DNA of 63,974 bases, filler included, from Octopus bimaculoides (lineage: Eukaryota): the NCBI RefSeq assembly GCF_001194135.2. It is 10 parts of 8 records of this genome, joined end to end, with 100 filler letters (N's around TTAATTAATTAA, not from the genome) between each part and the next. Parts side by side here need not be neighbours in the genome. Positions count along the whole stretch, not along the records: positions 47,203 to 54,829 come from NC_069007.1; positions 54,930 to 57,419 come from NW_026296937.1; positions 57,520 to 59,179 come from NC_069004.1; positions 59,280 to 63,974 come from NC_068987.1; 6 more parts are not named here. One strand, written 5' to 3'. Positions within the stretch are counted from its first letter, which is position 1; each line of letters starts with the position of its first letter. Below, piece after piece: positions 51,870-63,939 of this stretch. Made by a program: the position numbers and the translations under genes. The notes below the pieces were generated by a model. That model searched no databases. It had not been told where the DNA came from and was given only the letters and a program-made list of their open reading frames with translations.

Positions 51870-52265
51870 ACCATATGTTTGAGAAGCAAGCTTCTTATCA
51901 CACAGCCATACTACTCTTTTACACATTTCAGTCATTTGACTGTGGCCATGCTGGAGCAACACCTTTACTTGAAGAAATCGACCCCAGCCTAGTACTTTAT
52001 TCTATCAGTCTCTTTTGACGAACTAAGTTTTGGGGACATAAACACACCAACAAACGATGGTGAGGGGACAAACAGACACAAAGACACACATAAATATATA
52101 TATATACATATATACAATGGGCTTCTTTCAGTTTCCTACCAAATTCACTCACAAGGCTTTGGTCAGCCCAAAGCTATAGTAGAAGACACTTGCCCAAGGT
52201 ACCACGCAGCAGGACTGAATCCGGAACCATGTGGTTGGGAAGCAAGCTTCTTACCACAAGGCCAC
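51870..52265 (-). mobile_element. Family A SINE, antisense, in the last ARFGEF3 intron
   Basis: tttcagtcatttgactgtggccatgctggagc...gaagacacttgcccaaggtaccacgcagcaggactgaatccggaaccatgtgg. Confidence 0.85.
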
Positions 52266-52448
52266 ACCTGTGCCTACACCACAAAGCCACACCTGCACCT
52301 ACAATATATCATATAGGTTCTCCATCACTATTTTTGTTTTTTGTCCCCATTTTTCTCAGACTGGCCTATTTGGGGTCCTGGAATTTGTTGTTACGTTGCT
52401 AAAATTTTTATGCCTTCACATCCTGATTTGTCTTTTCTTTTGTTTCAG

Positions 52449-52664
52449 GACAGTGAAGCTCATTTGAAATCCTGGACCGAATTGCTCTGTGCCATTCTTC
52501 GTCTGTTCCAAGAACTACCAGATCATAAATTCTATGCCCTGCTACCGACCGTCTTCAACTGTCTGAACCAGTTAGTGTGCCACTCTCGAGAACAACGCCT
52601 AAACGATGCCCTGGCACAGTGGCTCCACAGAGTCGGACACTTAGTCGGAATCAATCCTTTGTAA
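52449..52664 (+). CDS. ARFGEF3: ARFGEF3/BIG3 terminal coding exon
   Basis: Strong acceptor tcttttcttttgtttcag (52448, phase 0). DSEAHLKSWTELLCAILRLFQELPDHKFYALLPTVFNCLNQLVCHSREQRLNDALAQWLHRVGHLVGINPL* aligns with human BIG3 DAEAQIQAWTNMVLTVLNQIQILPDQTFTALQPAVFPCISQLTCHVTDIRVRQAVREWLGRVGRVYDIIV (recalled). Confidence 0.92.
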   Translation, partial: DSEAHLKSWTELLCAILRLFQELPDHKFYALLPTVFNCLNQLVCHSREQRLNDALAQWLHRVGHLVGINPL

Positions 52665-52876
52665 CGACTGAAACCGTTTAGGAAATAAAGAATTATTTCA
52701 GAAAACACACACACACACACAGCTACATACAAGCACACTGGCATAGATGCACACAGGTATACACTTAGGCATAGTGATACACAAGTGCACACACTCACTC
52801 ATGCACACATATACACACACACACACACACAGACAGGTAGATACATACACAGGGACACACATGCTTTTAGTATTTT

Positions 52877-53322
52877 CCTGTTGAGGAAGGACTAACGCTG
52901 AATGAATTTTGTTCCTCACACCACTAACTATATAACAAAATACAGGCACGCAGACATTAACAAGCACCTAAATACACACACACACTAATCATTGTATACA
53001 GTATTATAGATCCCTTACAGCCAATCTTACCAATCGGTTTTGCACTGAGTATTAGATAACTGCATATTATATAGCAGTATGGTTGCATAACACCACATGC
53101 TATATGTTGGTGTGTGTGCATTTATGTGTATATATATGTGCATGTGTATAGATATATATGTATTAATGTGTGTATATATATATATATATACAAACACACA
53201 TTCTCATACAAACTATGTAGTTATAAGCATGCACATGCACATATTCACGCGTGCATGTACACACACATATACACTCCCTGTTGAGGAAGGACTAACGCTG
53301 AATGAATTTTGTTCCTCACACC
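52877..53322 (+). repeat. Perfect 46-bp direct repeat pair 400 bp apart (52877-52922 and 53277-53322)
   Basis: cctgttgaggaaggactaacgctgaatgaattttgttcctcacacc occurs twice. Confidence 0.95.
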
Positions 53323-53424
53323 CCTAAGTACACACACACACACATAATGGATCAGGATCCGAGTGCATCATTAAGGCAGCGAGCTGGCAGAAACGTTAGC
53401 ACGTCAGGTGAAATGTTTGCTTGC

Positions 53425-53461
<37 letters not shown>

Positions 53462-53759
53462 ATCTATTTAATATTTCCATTATTGAATTTTAAATTATTT
53501 AAATAAATCATTTATATTCTGGAAGACTTTTACTGCTGAAATAAAAGTTAACAAGCAGATCTCCACATTGGGATTGAACCTGTGTACTGGTATTCATTAG
53601 CATGCTGTTTCTCTTTTTTTTTTTTTTCTTTCTCTTTTTGATGGGTTAAAGAATTCTTCCATTAACACAATTCTGGTATGTGTGTGTGAAGCAAACACTC
53701 AGAATGATGCGAGACGTTGTGGCACAGACTTTTTGGCACTGCCTATTCAGTGCCATTGC

Positions 53760-54550
53760 ATCTTCTACTATAGCCACAGGCCAACCAAAGCCTTGTGAGT
53801 AGATTTGGTAGACAAAAAGAATAAACATATATATATATTTCTTTTATTATTTTTCTTGTTTCAGTCATTTGGAGCACCAACTTCAGTCAAGCAAATTGAC
53901 CCCAGGACTTATTCTATTGGCCTATTTTGCCAAATCACTAAGTTACAGGGATGTAAACACACCAACATCGTTTGTCGAGTAATGCTGTGGGGACAAACAC
54001 AGACACACAAACATACATATATATGACAAGATTCTTTGAGTTTCCATCTACCAAATCCACTCACAAGGATTTGGTTGGCCCAAGGCTATAGAAGAAGACA
54101 CTTGCCCAAGGTGCCATGTAGTGGGACTGAACCCGGAACCATGTGGTTGATAAGCAAGCTACTTACCACACAGCCACTCCTGATATCTTTTATTTGTTCC
54201 AGTCATTTGATTGTGACCATGCTGGAGCACTGCCTTCGAGAATTTTAATCAAACAAGTCGACCCCAGTATGCTTATTTGTTTTAAAGCCTGGTATTTATT
54301 CTATCAGTCTCTTTTGCTGAGCCACTAGGTTATGGGAATGTAAACACACTAACACTGGCTGTCAAGCGATGGAGGACAAACACACACACACATATACAAT
54401 GGATTTCTTTTAGTTTCTGTCTAACAACCTACTCAGAAGGCTTTGGTGAGCCTGGGATTATAATAGAATACACTGCCCAAGGTGCCACACAGTGGGACTA
54501 AACCCAGAACTATGTGGTTGGTAGGCAAACTTCTTGCCACCCAATCACAC
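53760..54550 (-). mobile_element. Cluster of family A SINEs: one short sense fragment at 53761-53812 and two antisense copies at ~53860-54180 and ~54195-54545
   Basis: The same diagnostic blocks as 11811-12178. Confidence 0.85.
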
Positions 54551-54929
54551 CTGCGCTTTACTTGAAAAAACAGGTAAGAGTTGCTAACAGGTACAAAAAA
54601 CTGCAAAATCATGTCCCAAATAACACCCATTAACTGAAGGTTGCATTAAAAAAAAACATTTGTTAAATGACTGAAGAGAACGTTGAAAAAGCTGAGTGAA
54701 AATAATTAGGTACCGAAATAAATAAATGAATAGATTGATAGACAACCAACCAGCCAACCTGAGACCGCCTGTGGCTGAATGATTAAAAAAAAAAAGCTTC
54801 CTGTTTTAACCCTTTTATTACTGTATTTANNNNNNNNNNNNNNNNNNNNNNNNNNNNNNNNNNNNNNNNNNNNTTAATTAATTAANNNNNNNNNNNNNNN
54901 NNNNNNNNNNNNNNNNNNNNNNNNNNNNN

Positions 54930-55601
54930 CGGGGGGAACAACATTTATGAACTGTTCCAGGACCTTACTCTGGTCCTGGAGGCAGTCTTTCTTAATATGA
55001 CCAGGCTCCAGACACCGGTGACATTTCGGGGCACGTCCCTCGACTATGACTGGCTATCTCTGCCTGTCCATCCTTAGAAAATCTGGGAGAACCAGATCTC
55101 TGGCTAATTGGGTCCACAGGGTCACAACCGCTTTTGACCCACCCCAATCAGCTGTCAGTAATATTATTACGTTTAGCAGCTTAGTTCCGCTGCCACCCAG
55201 ACCCCGTCGGATAGTATCTTCTATCCAGTCATGTTCTATGCCGGGTGGCAGCCCACAGATCCAAGCTCTAGTTAATTTCTTTCCACAGAAAGAAGGGCTG
55301 GCTCGGCAAACTTGCGAGCCACCTCAAGGGTGTCAAATAGCAATCAAACCGTCGCGTATTGTACACCCCTTGCCATAAACTTCAAAGTTGGCATATATTC
55401 TGCTAACTCTTTTTCAATTTCAATTTTGGGAAAGAAAATAATGGTGTCCAGTGACCTAGAGTAGGTCCGTAACGCCATCGTTCTTTCTCTGAAATCATTT
55501 AACCACTTCTTGGGTGGGATAATCTCCCACTCCACAGCAGTGGCCTTATTTATCTTTATGTTTCCAGCCATGATAAAAATGTCAACATAAGAATTAAACA
55601 A
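54930..55601 (-). mobile_element. ORF1 (gag-like, zinc knuckle) of an L1/Tx1-type non-LTR element, degraded
   Basis: The minus strand gives TRAWICGLPPGIEHDWIE (RRM-like) and VEGRAPKCHRCLEPGHIKKDC, a CX2CX4HX4C knuckle at 54982-55023. Confidence 0.75.
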
Positions 55602-56472
55602 CTAAAAATTTTAAAACAGACAAAAATAGAAAGCAGTTCAAAAAAGCGGAAAAAATAAAATAAACACATCGTACTAAAAACAGTTCATAAAAGAAAGAGA
55701 AAGGAAATGCAACAGTTCAGAAAGAATAAATAAAATATAAAGTTCCAGGCAGAATAACAAATTTTCAGGCCACAACGGTACTCCGGCCCGATTTGATCCC
55801 GGCTCCGNNNNNNNNNNNNNNNNNNNNNNNNNNNNNNNNNNNNNNNNNNNNNNNNNNNNNNNNNNNNNNNNNNNNNNNNNNNNNNNNNNNNNNNNNNNNN
55901 NNNNNNNNNNNNNNNNNNNNNNNNNNNNNNNNNNNNNNNNNNNNNNNNNNNNNNNNNNNNNNNNNNNNNNNNNNNNNNNNNNNNNNNNNNNNNNNNNNNN
56001 NNNNNNNNNNNNNNNNNNNNNNNNNNNNNNNNNNNNNNNNNNNNNNNNNNNNNNNNNNNNNNNNNNNNNNNNNNNNNNNNNNNNNNNNNNNNNNNNNNNN
56101 NNNNNNNNNNNNNNNNNNNNNNNNNNNNNNNNNNNNNNNNNNNNNNNNNNNNNNNNNNNNNNNNNNNNNNNNNNNNNNNNNNNNNNNNNNNNNNNNNNNN
56201 NNNNNNNNNNNNNNNNNNNNNNNNNNNNNNNNNNNNNNNNNNNNNNNNNNNNNNNNNNNNNNNNNNNNNNNNNNNNNNNNNNNNNNNNNNNNNNNNNNNN
56301 NNNNNNNNNNNNNNNNNNNNNNNNNNNNNNNNNNNNNNNNNNNNNNNNNNNNNNNNNNNNNNNNNNNNNNNNNNNNNNNNNNNNNNNNNNNNNNNNNNNN
56401 NNNNNNNNNNNNNNNNNNNNNNNNNNNNNNNNNNNNNNNNNNNNNNNNNNNNNNNNNNNNNNNNNNNNNNNN

Positions 56473-56507
<35 letters not shown>

Positions 56508-56699
56508 TCGCTTTATTAGCTTTTCCTATGTCCCTGTAGCATGACATATTTATTTGATTTCTAATGAACATAAATGACATATACCAATACTATATTTGCA
56601 TACACATACATAAACTAAGAATATGCCAAAGAAACTAATAAATTATAGTAACTAATGAATTTATATACAAATATGAATAGTTAAGGGTGAAAAAAGTAT

Positions 56700-57419
56700 T
56701 CTGCAACCAACATGGTTTCCGGGATGGCAGGGACTGCCTGTCGCAGCTTCTGCACCATTTTGTTGACATCTTAAAAGCGTTTGGAGAAGGCCCCCAACAC
56801 TGACGTCATATATTTTGATTTAAGCAAGGCATTTGACAGAGTGGACCACATAATCCTGCTGAAGAAATTGTCCAACATTGGAGTCCGTGGAATGCTGTTA
56901 CAGTGGATAAAGTGTTTCCTGCCGAACAGAACCCAACGTATTGTGTTTGAGGGAATACGATCCAGTTCAGCCAAAGTCAGTAATGGTGTCCCACAAGGTA
57001 CTGTGTTGGGCCCACTCCTCTTTATTATTTACATCAACGACATAATACATGTCAATCAAACATTCTATGTTGAAAATCTTTGCAGATCACCCCAGAAAAC
57101 AATAAACAGCATGAGAGACCGAACAAGCCTTCAGTCAGATCTGTTTGCTATTGTCCAATGGGCGGAAAAATAGCCTGACATGCTTTAAAATGAAGATAAG
57201 TTTGATTTGATCTACTTTGGGAAAGAGGAAACTCTGAAATTACCATATGCTCTGCCCTCGGGCAACTCCTTTGTATCATCCAACGACACTAGAGATCTTG
57301 GAGCAATTGTTGATAACAATGTAAGCTGGAGTTCGCACGAAAACAGCAAGGTTGACTTGGCCCGCAAGATGTTCTCCTGGATGCTGAGAACTTTCCGGTC
57401 TAGAGATTCCTACACCATC
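56700..57419 (+). mobile_element. CR1/L2-group LINE RT fragment
   Basis: [49 protein letters not shown]. Confidence 0.9.
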
Positions 57420-58092
57420 NNNNNNNNNNNNNNNNNNNNNNNNNNNNNNNNNNNNNNNNNNNNTTAATTAATTAANNNNNNNNNNNNNNNNNNNNNNNNN
57501 NNNNNNNNNNNNNNNNNNNATACATACATACATACATACATACATACACACACATATATATATATATATAATTATATTAACTGTATCAGAAAAATGATAT
57601 GGGATCGTCACAATTCCACAACATCTGATTTGCTGCCGATTCGCCAATCCTTCACCTGGCTAACAGTAAATAAAATGGCGCCGAAGAGACCAGAAATGTA
57701 AATGGCTGGGATAATACTGACAATAATCGACAGTCGTTGAATAATAAAACGGTCTGGTGGTACTGGAATCTAAATTTTCTTCTTACAAGCATCGTTATCT
57801 CCATGTCTAAAGTGAAATTGTGTTGTTGCTGATCTTGTACTTTCACTATCGTTCTTATAGTTGTTTTCCACTTTTGTTTGTTAATGCAGCTGCTGTAGTT
57901 TTATAAATGTTGCTTATGTTGTTGCTGTTTTGTTTTGATGTTTGCTTTGTGTTTTTGTTTTTGAATTCGTCTCAATTTGTTTTGTATATAATTTTTGCTC
58001 CGTTCTAATGATTTGCTTTAGACTTGGATTGTTTCCGTGCGTCTATGTGTGTGCTTATATTCGTATGTGTGTACTGCGTGTGTGTGTTTGTA

Positions 58093-58135
<43 letters not shown>

Positions 58136-58896
58136 CTGTGTGTGCGTTTGCTAGCGCGTGCACTCTATATGTAGAATGTTATGTGATTATATACGTAGTG
58201 ACCAATGCTTGACAGTAGGACTATATGCGTGAATATGTGTGTGGTTTGTGCGTATGTGTGCGTGTCTGTGTGTACGTATATATACGCACACAAACGCACA
58301 TCACGAAACGCACATCATTCCACACACACACACACACGCTTCCATACGCATACACAGCCTCTCAAAATCTTAAGCTCGCCTACACATACATTCTCATGCG
58401 CTCACCCCCATTCACACATATATGCAATTTCACACCCCATTCTTACACACACTCACGCTCTTGCACACCCTAGTTCAGCCGATTCACCGTTATTATCTCC
58501 CTTTCACTTATCTTCTTTCTTCCGGTCATTTTATCAAGTTGAACTGTTAATCCCTACACACCTGACACCGCGTATGTATACATGTATATATGTGTGCATA
58601 TATAAAAGTGTGAGTTTGTACGATTATTTGTGCTTATGGTCATTATGCGTGAGCATGTGTAAGAGTATGCCTGCGTATGTGCGCATGTATATAGCCACAT
58701 ATATCTATGTACGTTTGACTGAGTGAATGTATTTATGTGTGCAAGAGTATGTATAGGTGTATATGTGACATTCTCATCACAACCATAGTGGCTGAGTTGT
58801 GTATACGATTATTCTCACTCGTGATTAAGTCTGTATGTCTATGTCTAGAGTATATTAGCGTACGTGTGCATTTGTGTGCTTATATATGTATGTATG

Positions 58897-58966
<70 letters not shown>

Positions 58967-59636
58967 GCTAGCTAGCTAGCTAGCTATCTATACACATACA
59001 TACATATTTAATATTTATGAACAAACCCGGAGGCTTGGTAAGTTACTGAGATAAAGTGACTGCTAAAGTCATGTGTTATGCAATAATGCGTATACAATAA
59101 CATATCATAATAATATATAATATTATGATATATTATTATATAGTTATTATTGTGTGTGTATATATATATATATATATATNNNNNNNNNNNNNNNNNNNNN
59201 NNNNNNNNNNNNNNNNNNNNNNNTTAATTAATTAANNNNNNNNNNNNNNNNNNNNNNNNNNNNNNNNNNNNNNNNNNNNATATATATATACACAAATAGT
59301 AAATGAGTATATGCATATATACGTACAGGTATGTGCATACCGACATCCACCTGTATGTATAGGTGCATATCTGGGTACAGGACATTGCAAACAAAACGTA
59401 GACGAGAAAACACACAAGCCACATAGAGAACATTCTTCTTCATCAGCTACCCCCGTTTTGTGTATATACATATACACTAAGTATGGGGGTTTAGTTCACA
59501 TGTGATCTAAATGATTAGGTACTCTAGGTAAGTGCTGTAACGGATTGCTAGGGCTCCAACGTTATAGCCGAGACGGTAGTTATGGAGCCATTGCAAATTT
59601 CCGATGCAGCGGCTATATAATAGTTAAACAGGACGT

Positions 59637-59756
59637 CAAACGTTAAGGCAAGGCAAACATCTCAAGTCATATACAATATTATTTTTGGAAACAAATTCCA
59701 ATTTTTTGCAAAAATAATGTATATAACTTGAGATGTTTACTTGGCGTTAACGTTTG
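59637..59756. repeat. ~120-bp imperfect palindrome (~55-bp arms)
   Basis: caaacgttaaggcaaggcaaacatctcaagtcatatacaatattatttttgg vs reverse complement caaacgttaacgccaagtaaacatctcaagttatatacattatttttgc. Confidence 0.85.
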
Positions 59757-59771
59757 TTGTCTTCTTTAACA

Positions 59772-59827
<56 letters not shown>

Positions 59828-61543
59828 TAACTTACGGACTGCCTCTGCACGGTTCTCGTATAGCAATTATTCTTCAAACGTCATCATTCAACGCTGTAGT
59901 AGAAAATACTTGACAAAAGCAAAAGTAGCATACAGTGGAATTGAACCCGGAATTACATTTGGGATGACAAAGGAATAAACAACTATAATATGAACTTCAT
60001 TAGCTTGCAGCTGTTTCTGCTATAAGGTGCAACGCACTCATATTTGAGTGCTTGACTATCATACCATAGCTTCATCGGAATCTCAAACATGAAGAGCAAT
60101 TTATTTGGGAATATACACTTAGGCTAATGCAGTCCATAACATAATTGTTTATTCTTTTGTCATTCCAATTTCTTATTACCGCTCTGTACCCACATATCTC
60201 CTACCCTTTATCTTTTGCTTGCTTAGGTCATTGCACTGCAGACATGCTAGGGCGCGACCTTGAAGGGTTTGGGCGAACAAATCGACTCCAGTACTTAGGG
60301 TATTTTTTTTTTTGAAAGCCCGGTACTTTATCGGTTACATTTGCCGGACCACTACGTTACGGCTGTGCCAACAAACCAGCACTGTTGTCGTCGCCGGCGC
60401 CGCTGCCGCCGCCGTCATCGGCTTCATCATCATCATCATCATCGTCATCATCATCAACAACAACAACAACAACACCACAACCACCAATAATACATCCAGC
60501 AATAACTCTTCCCCACAACATGTTACTCCCATTGCTATCTTCGTATCTTCCTTATCCTGTTGTTTCTATTATGGGAGGTGGGCAGAAGTGTGTCTCCGTG
60601 TTTCATTGGAGCAGACGACCCACTTCACATTGAGTTTCAATCAATTTTCTAATCATTACACATCCCCTTCCACAGTCTTCCATACACGCACACGTACACA
60701 CACGTACACACACGTATGACGTGTACGTAGAAGTATACATATATATACCTACCTACATACATACATATGTGTGTGAGTCTGTCTGTATGTGTGTAAAATG
60801 TCCTCTCTTCCAAATCTATCACTCCCTCCATCGCCTCCTCCTCCTCCTCCTCCCGACTTTTCTTTTACGTATTATTCTCGCCCTTCCTTAACCTACTCCA
60901 AATCCTAGAATCATTTGAAACTGTCCTTCTGACTTCCATTGACACATGTTTCTCACTAGATACATCTTGTCATCACCGTTATCATCGGCGTTGTTTATCT
61001 TTTGCAAATGATTTACAACGCAAAACGAATTCTTATTAAAGGAAAGATTTAGATTAGATGCCTAAAGAAAGGGAGAGGGGAAGAGAAGATGTATGAAGAA
61101 CAGAGAGAGAGTGTGTGTATGTGTGTGTGAGAGAGAGAGACAGATAAACAGAGAGAGAGAATCGAGTGTGAGTACTGCATGAATTGAGGTTGCGACCAGT
61201 GCGTATCTACTCTCAATCTATGGCATGTGTTACATCAATCACATTATGGCGCAGATATGAGGGTACGTTTAAGAAATCGATTTCATATCATACGGTTCCA
61301 TGTTCGATTCCATTGCATGGAACCACGGACGCCTTGTGTCGAGTTGCCCAATACCATTTTTGGGCGCTGGACACTGGGCGGAACCTCGTTGTTTGTGTGT
61401 TTGTATATGTATATGCGCATGTATGTATGTATATATATATATCCGTATGTATGTGCGTTTGTGTAGTGTGTGCGTGTGTGTTGTGTTGTGTGTGTGTGTG
61501 TGTGTGTATTCAAGTATATGTATATTCAAATAAACAAACCATT

Positions 61544-61583
<40 letters not shown>

Positions 61584-61855
61584 GAACGTGTGCACAAGAA
61601 ATATATTAGCTTGACGCTAAGTGATACTTTATACTTTGATACTTAGAGGCTTGGCAAAAGAAAACGATATAATATAAGTAACAGACTTTAAAGAAAAAAG
61701 GTAGTGGGGTCGCTTCATTCGACTAAAAGTAATGTTTCAAGGCAGTGCTGCAGCATGACCGTGGTCAAATGACTGAAACAAGTGGTGAGGTGGTGGTGAG
61801 GTGATTCTGGTCTCCAGATCCAGATGACTCAGAATCATTGTCCTCTCAGTTATAG

Positions 61856-62519
61856 TAACATCTGTGGATCTTGTTCAAAACGGGGGCACCAGTATTTTCT
61901 TAACGAAACACTTTGAGACTTGGAACACTGCTAGAATGTGTCATATAAAACATCTTTTACTCTTAGTCTTCTTAACAAAAAAACCTACATCGCAAGTTAT
62001 TTCATGTTAAAGTTGTCGTATTTCTGTAATTTCAACCGATCACTGACGTCTATTCAGCTGAATAGAGTTACTGCTGGCCGGTCATAAAAATGTTATTCCC
62101 TGTGACATATTTCATCCGGTTTAATCGTAATTTATACGCATATATTGTTTATATAATAAATTACGCTGTGCGTATCTATGTGTGTAACAATTTTAGAGTT
62201 CGGATTCTAGAGTTAGGGTTAGTTTTAGGGTTAGGGTTAGGGTTAGGGTTAACAGTCTAGTTAGGGTTAGGGGATTAATACGATATACACCGTTACAGCG
62301 CTAACTGTTTTCAACTGAATAGACGTCAGTGATTAGTAGAAATTATCGAAATAAGACAATTTTTTACATGAGATAAATTCGAATACAAAAATATTTTTCT
62401 GTTCTATAACACAAAATAGATAAGTATACGAAGTTTGAAAGTCTTTCGGTACCAAAAACACTACATAAAACATTAATGAAAACTGGTGTCCCCGTTTTGA
62501 ACAGGATCCACATCTGTTA
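61856..62519. mobile_element. TA-flanked MITE with terminal and subterminal inverted repeats and an internal (TTAGGG)n tract
   Basis: TIR acatctgtggatcttgttcaaaacgggggcaccagt vs reverse complement acagatgtggatcctgttcaaaacggggacaccagt. A second inverted block is centred on atcactgacgtctattcag, and TTAGGG repeats lie at ~62213-62272. Confidence 0.85.
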
Positions 62520-62569
62520 TGTAAGCTTATGAATATGCTTTTCTCTGGAAGTCTAATTTAATATTTCAG

Positions 62570-62860
62570 TGAAGGCGCGCGGTTTAGGGGTTAGGATATT
62601 CGCCATACAATCGATTATTAGGTAGTGCGTTCGATTCCTGGCGGCGAGTTGTGCCCTTGAACAAGACACTGTATTTCTCGTTGCACCAGCCCATTCAACT
62701 GTATTTTAAAGGGGCCAGCCTTGTCACATTCTGTGTCCCGCTGAATTTCCCTGAGAAATAAGTTAAAGATATACGTGTCTGCGGAGTGATATACGTGACT
62801 GCGGAGTGATATACGTGTCTGCGGAGGTATTCGGTTCATCGGATCAACCGGAACACTCAA
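62570..62860 (+). mobile_element. Family C SINE with an internal triplicated 20-mer (62771-62826)
   Basis: Body shared with 22029-22385; atacgtgtctgcggagtgat x ~3. Confidence 0.75.
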
Positions 62861-63217
62861 TCATTAGACTGCGGTCAGGCTAGGGCACCACCTTCGAGAG
62901 ATTTCGTCGAAAGAACCGAACCCTCTACTTTTTAAAGCAGGTACTTATTTCATAGGGCTCTTATGCTGAACTGCTAAATTACGGGACCATAAAAAAATCA
63001 AGGACCAGTTGCCAAGAGGAGAGTGGGTAGACTGTGGGGGTCAGACTCTCTCTCTCTCTCNNNNNNNNNNNNNNNNNNNNNNNNNNNNNNNNNNNNNNNN
63101 NNNNNNNNNNNNNNNNNNNNNNNNNNNNNNNNNNNNNNNNNNNNNNNNNNNNNNNNNNNNNNNNNNNNNNNNNNNNNNNNNNNNNNNNNNNNNNNNNNNN
63201 NNNNNNNNNNNNNNNNN

Positions 63218-63335
63218 NTCCGGGTTCAGTCCTACTGCGTGACACTTTGGGCAAGTGTCTTCTACAACAGCTTCGGGTCGACGAAACCCTTTTAAGTGGA
63301 TTTGGTAAACGGAAACTGAAATAAGCCCGTCGTAT
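63218..63335 (+). mobile_element. Family A SINE head, sense
   Basis: ccgggttcagtcctactgcgtgacactttgggcaagtgtcttctac...ggaaactgaaataagcccgtcg. Confidence 0.85.
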
Positions 63336-63442
63336 AATATATATATATATATATATATACGAGTGAGTGGACAAACGAAAGAAGGGCACTCAAATTTATT
63401 GGGTGTTACATGTATGAGTCAAAACAACTTCATTCAAAATCA

Positions 63443-63762
63443 TTGGTACTCCGAGTTTCAAGTGTGATGCTAGTCTTCAGCCAAGTATGTGTGTGTGCGC
63501 GTGCGCATGGTTCTTCTAAACAACCCGACCGATTTCCTGTCCACCACGCGGTCGATTTCATGTTCACCATACGGTATTTTCCAACGGTATTTCCTATGCG
63601 GTATGTTCACTGTTGTCGCTGATATATCGATATACCAACATCAAACCACGACACCACGTGACCTTCCTCGACTAATCGCAGCCCACCTTACGTTAATAAC
63701 GATCAACTTCTTTTATTCAAATTCAAAATGACTGACATCACGCTTAAAACTCGGAGTACCAA
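63443..63762. mobile_element. 320-bp MITE with 33-bp TIRs
   Basis: ttggtactccgagtttcaagtgtgatgctagtc vs reverse complement ttggtactccgagttttaagcgtgatgtcagtc; no clear TSD. Confidence 0.75.
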
Positions 63763-63788
63763 CGAAACTAAATCAAACTGTTTCGATC

Positions 63789-63823
<35 letters not shown>

Positions 63824-63939
63824 GTACTTATCATTGAAAAGAACTAACCAGCTGTGAACCCAATTTTCTTCTTTTCTCTTTCCCATCGACACACACACGC
63901 ACACACACAGACACACACACCAACACAAAAAAACACACA

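Noticed and set aside
54660-54700. CTGAAGA..GAAA hammerhead-like spacing (similar partial cores at 16371, 33059 and 40542)
   Set aside because: No stem III/UH cleavage site, or no GAAA at the right distance.
60312-60719. ORFs with poly-Ala/Ile/Asn or poly-Ser/Thr runs
   Set aside because: They arise from a graded trinucleotide repeat (GCC, TCA, ACA) with no flanking splice or homology support.
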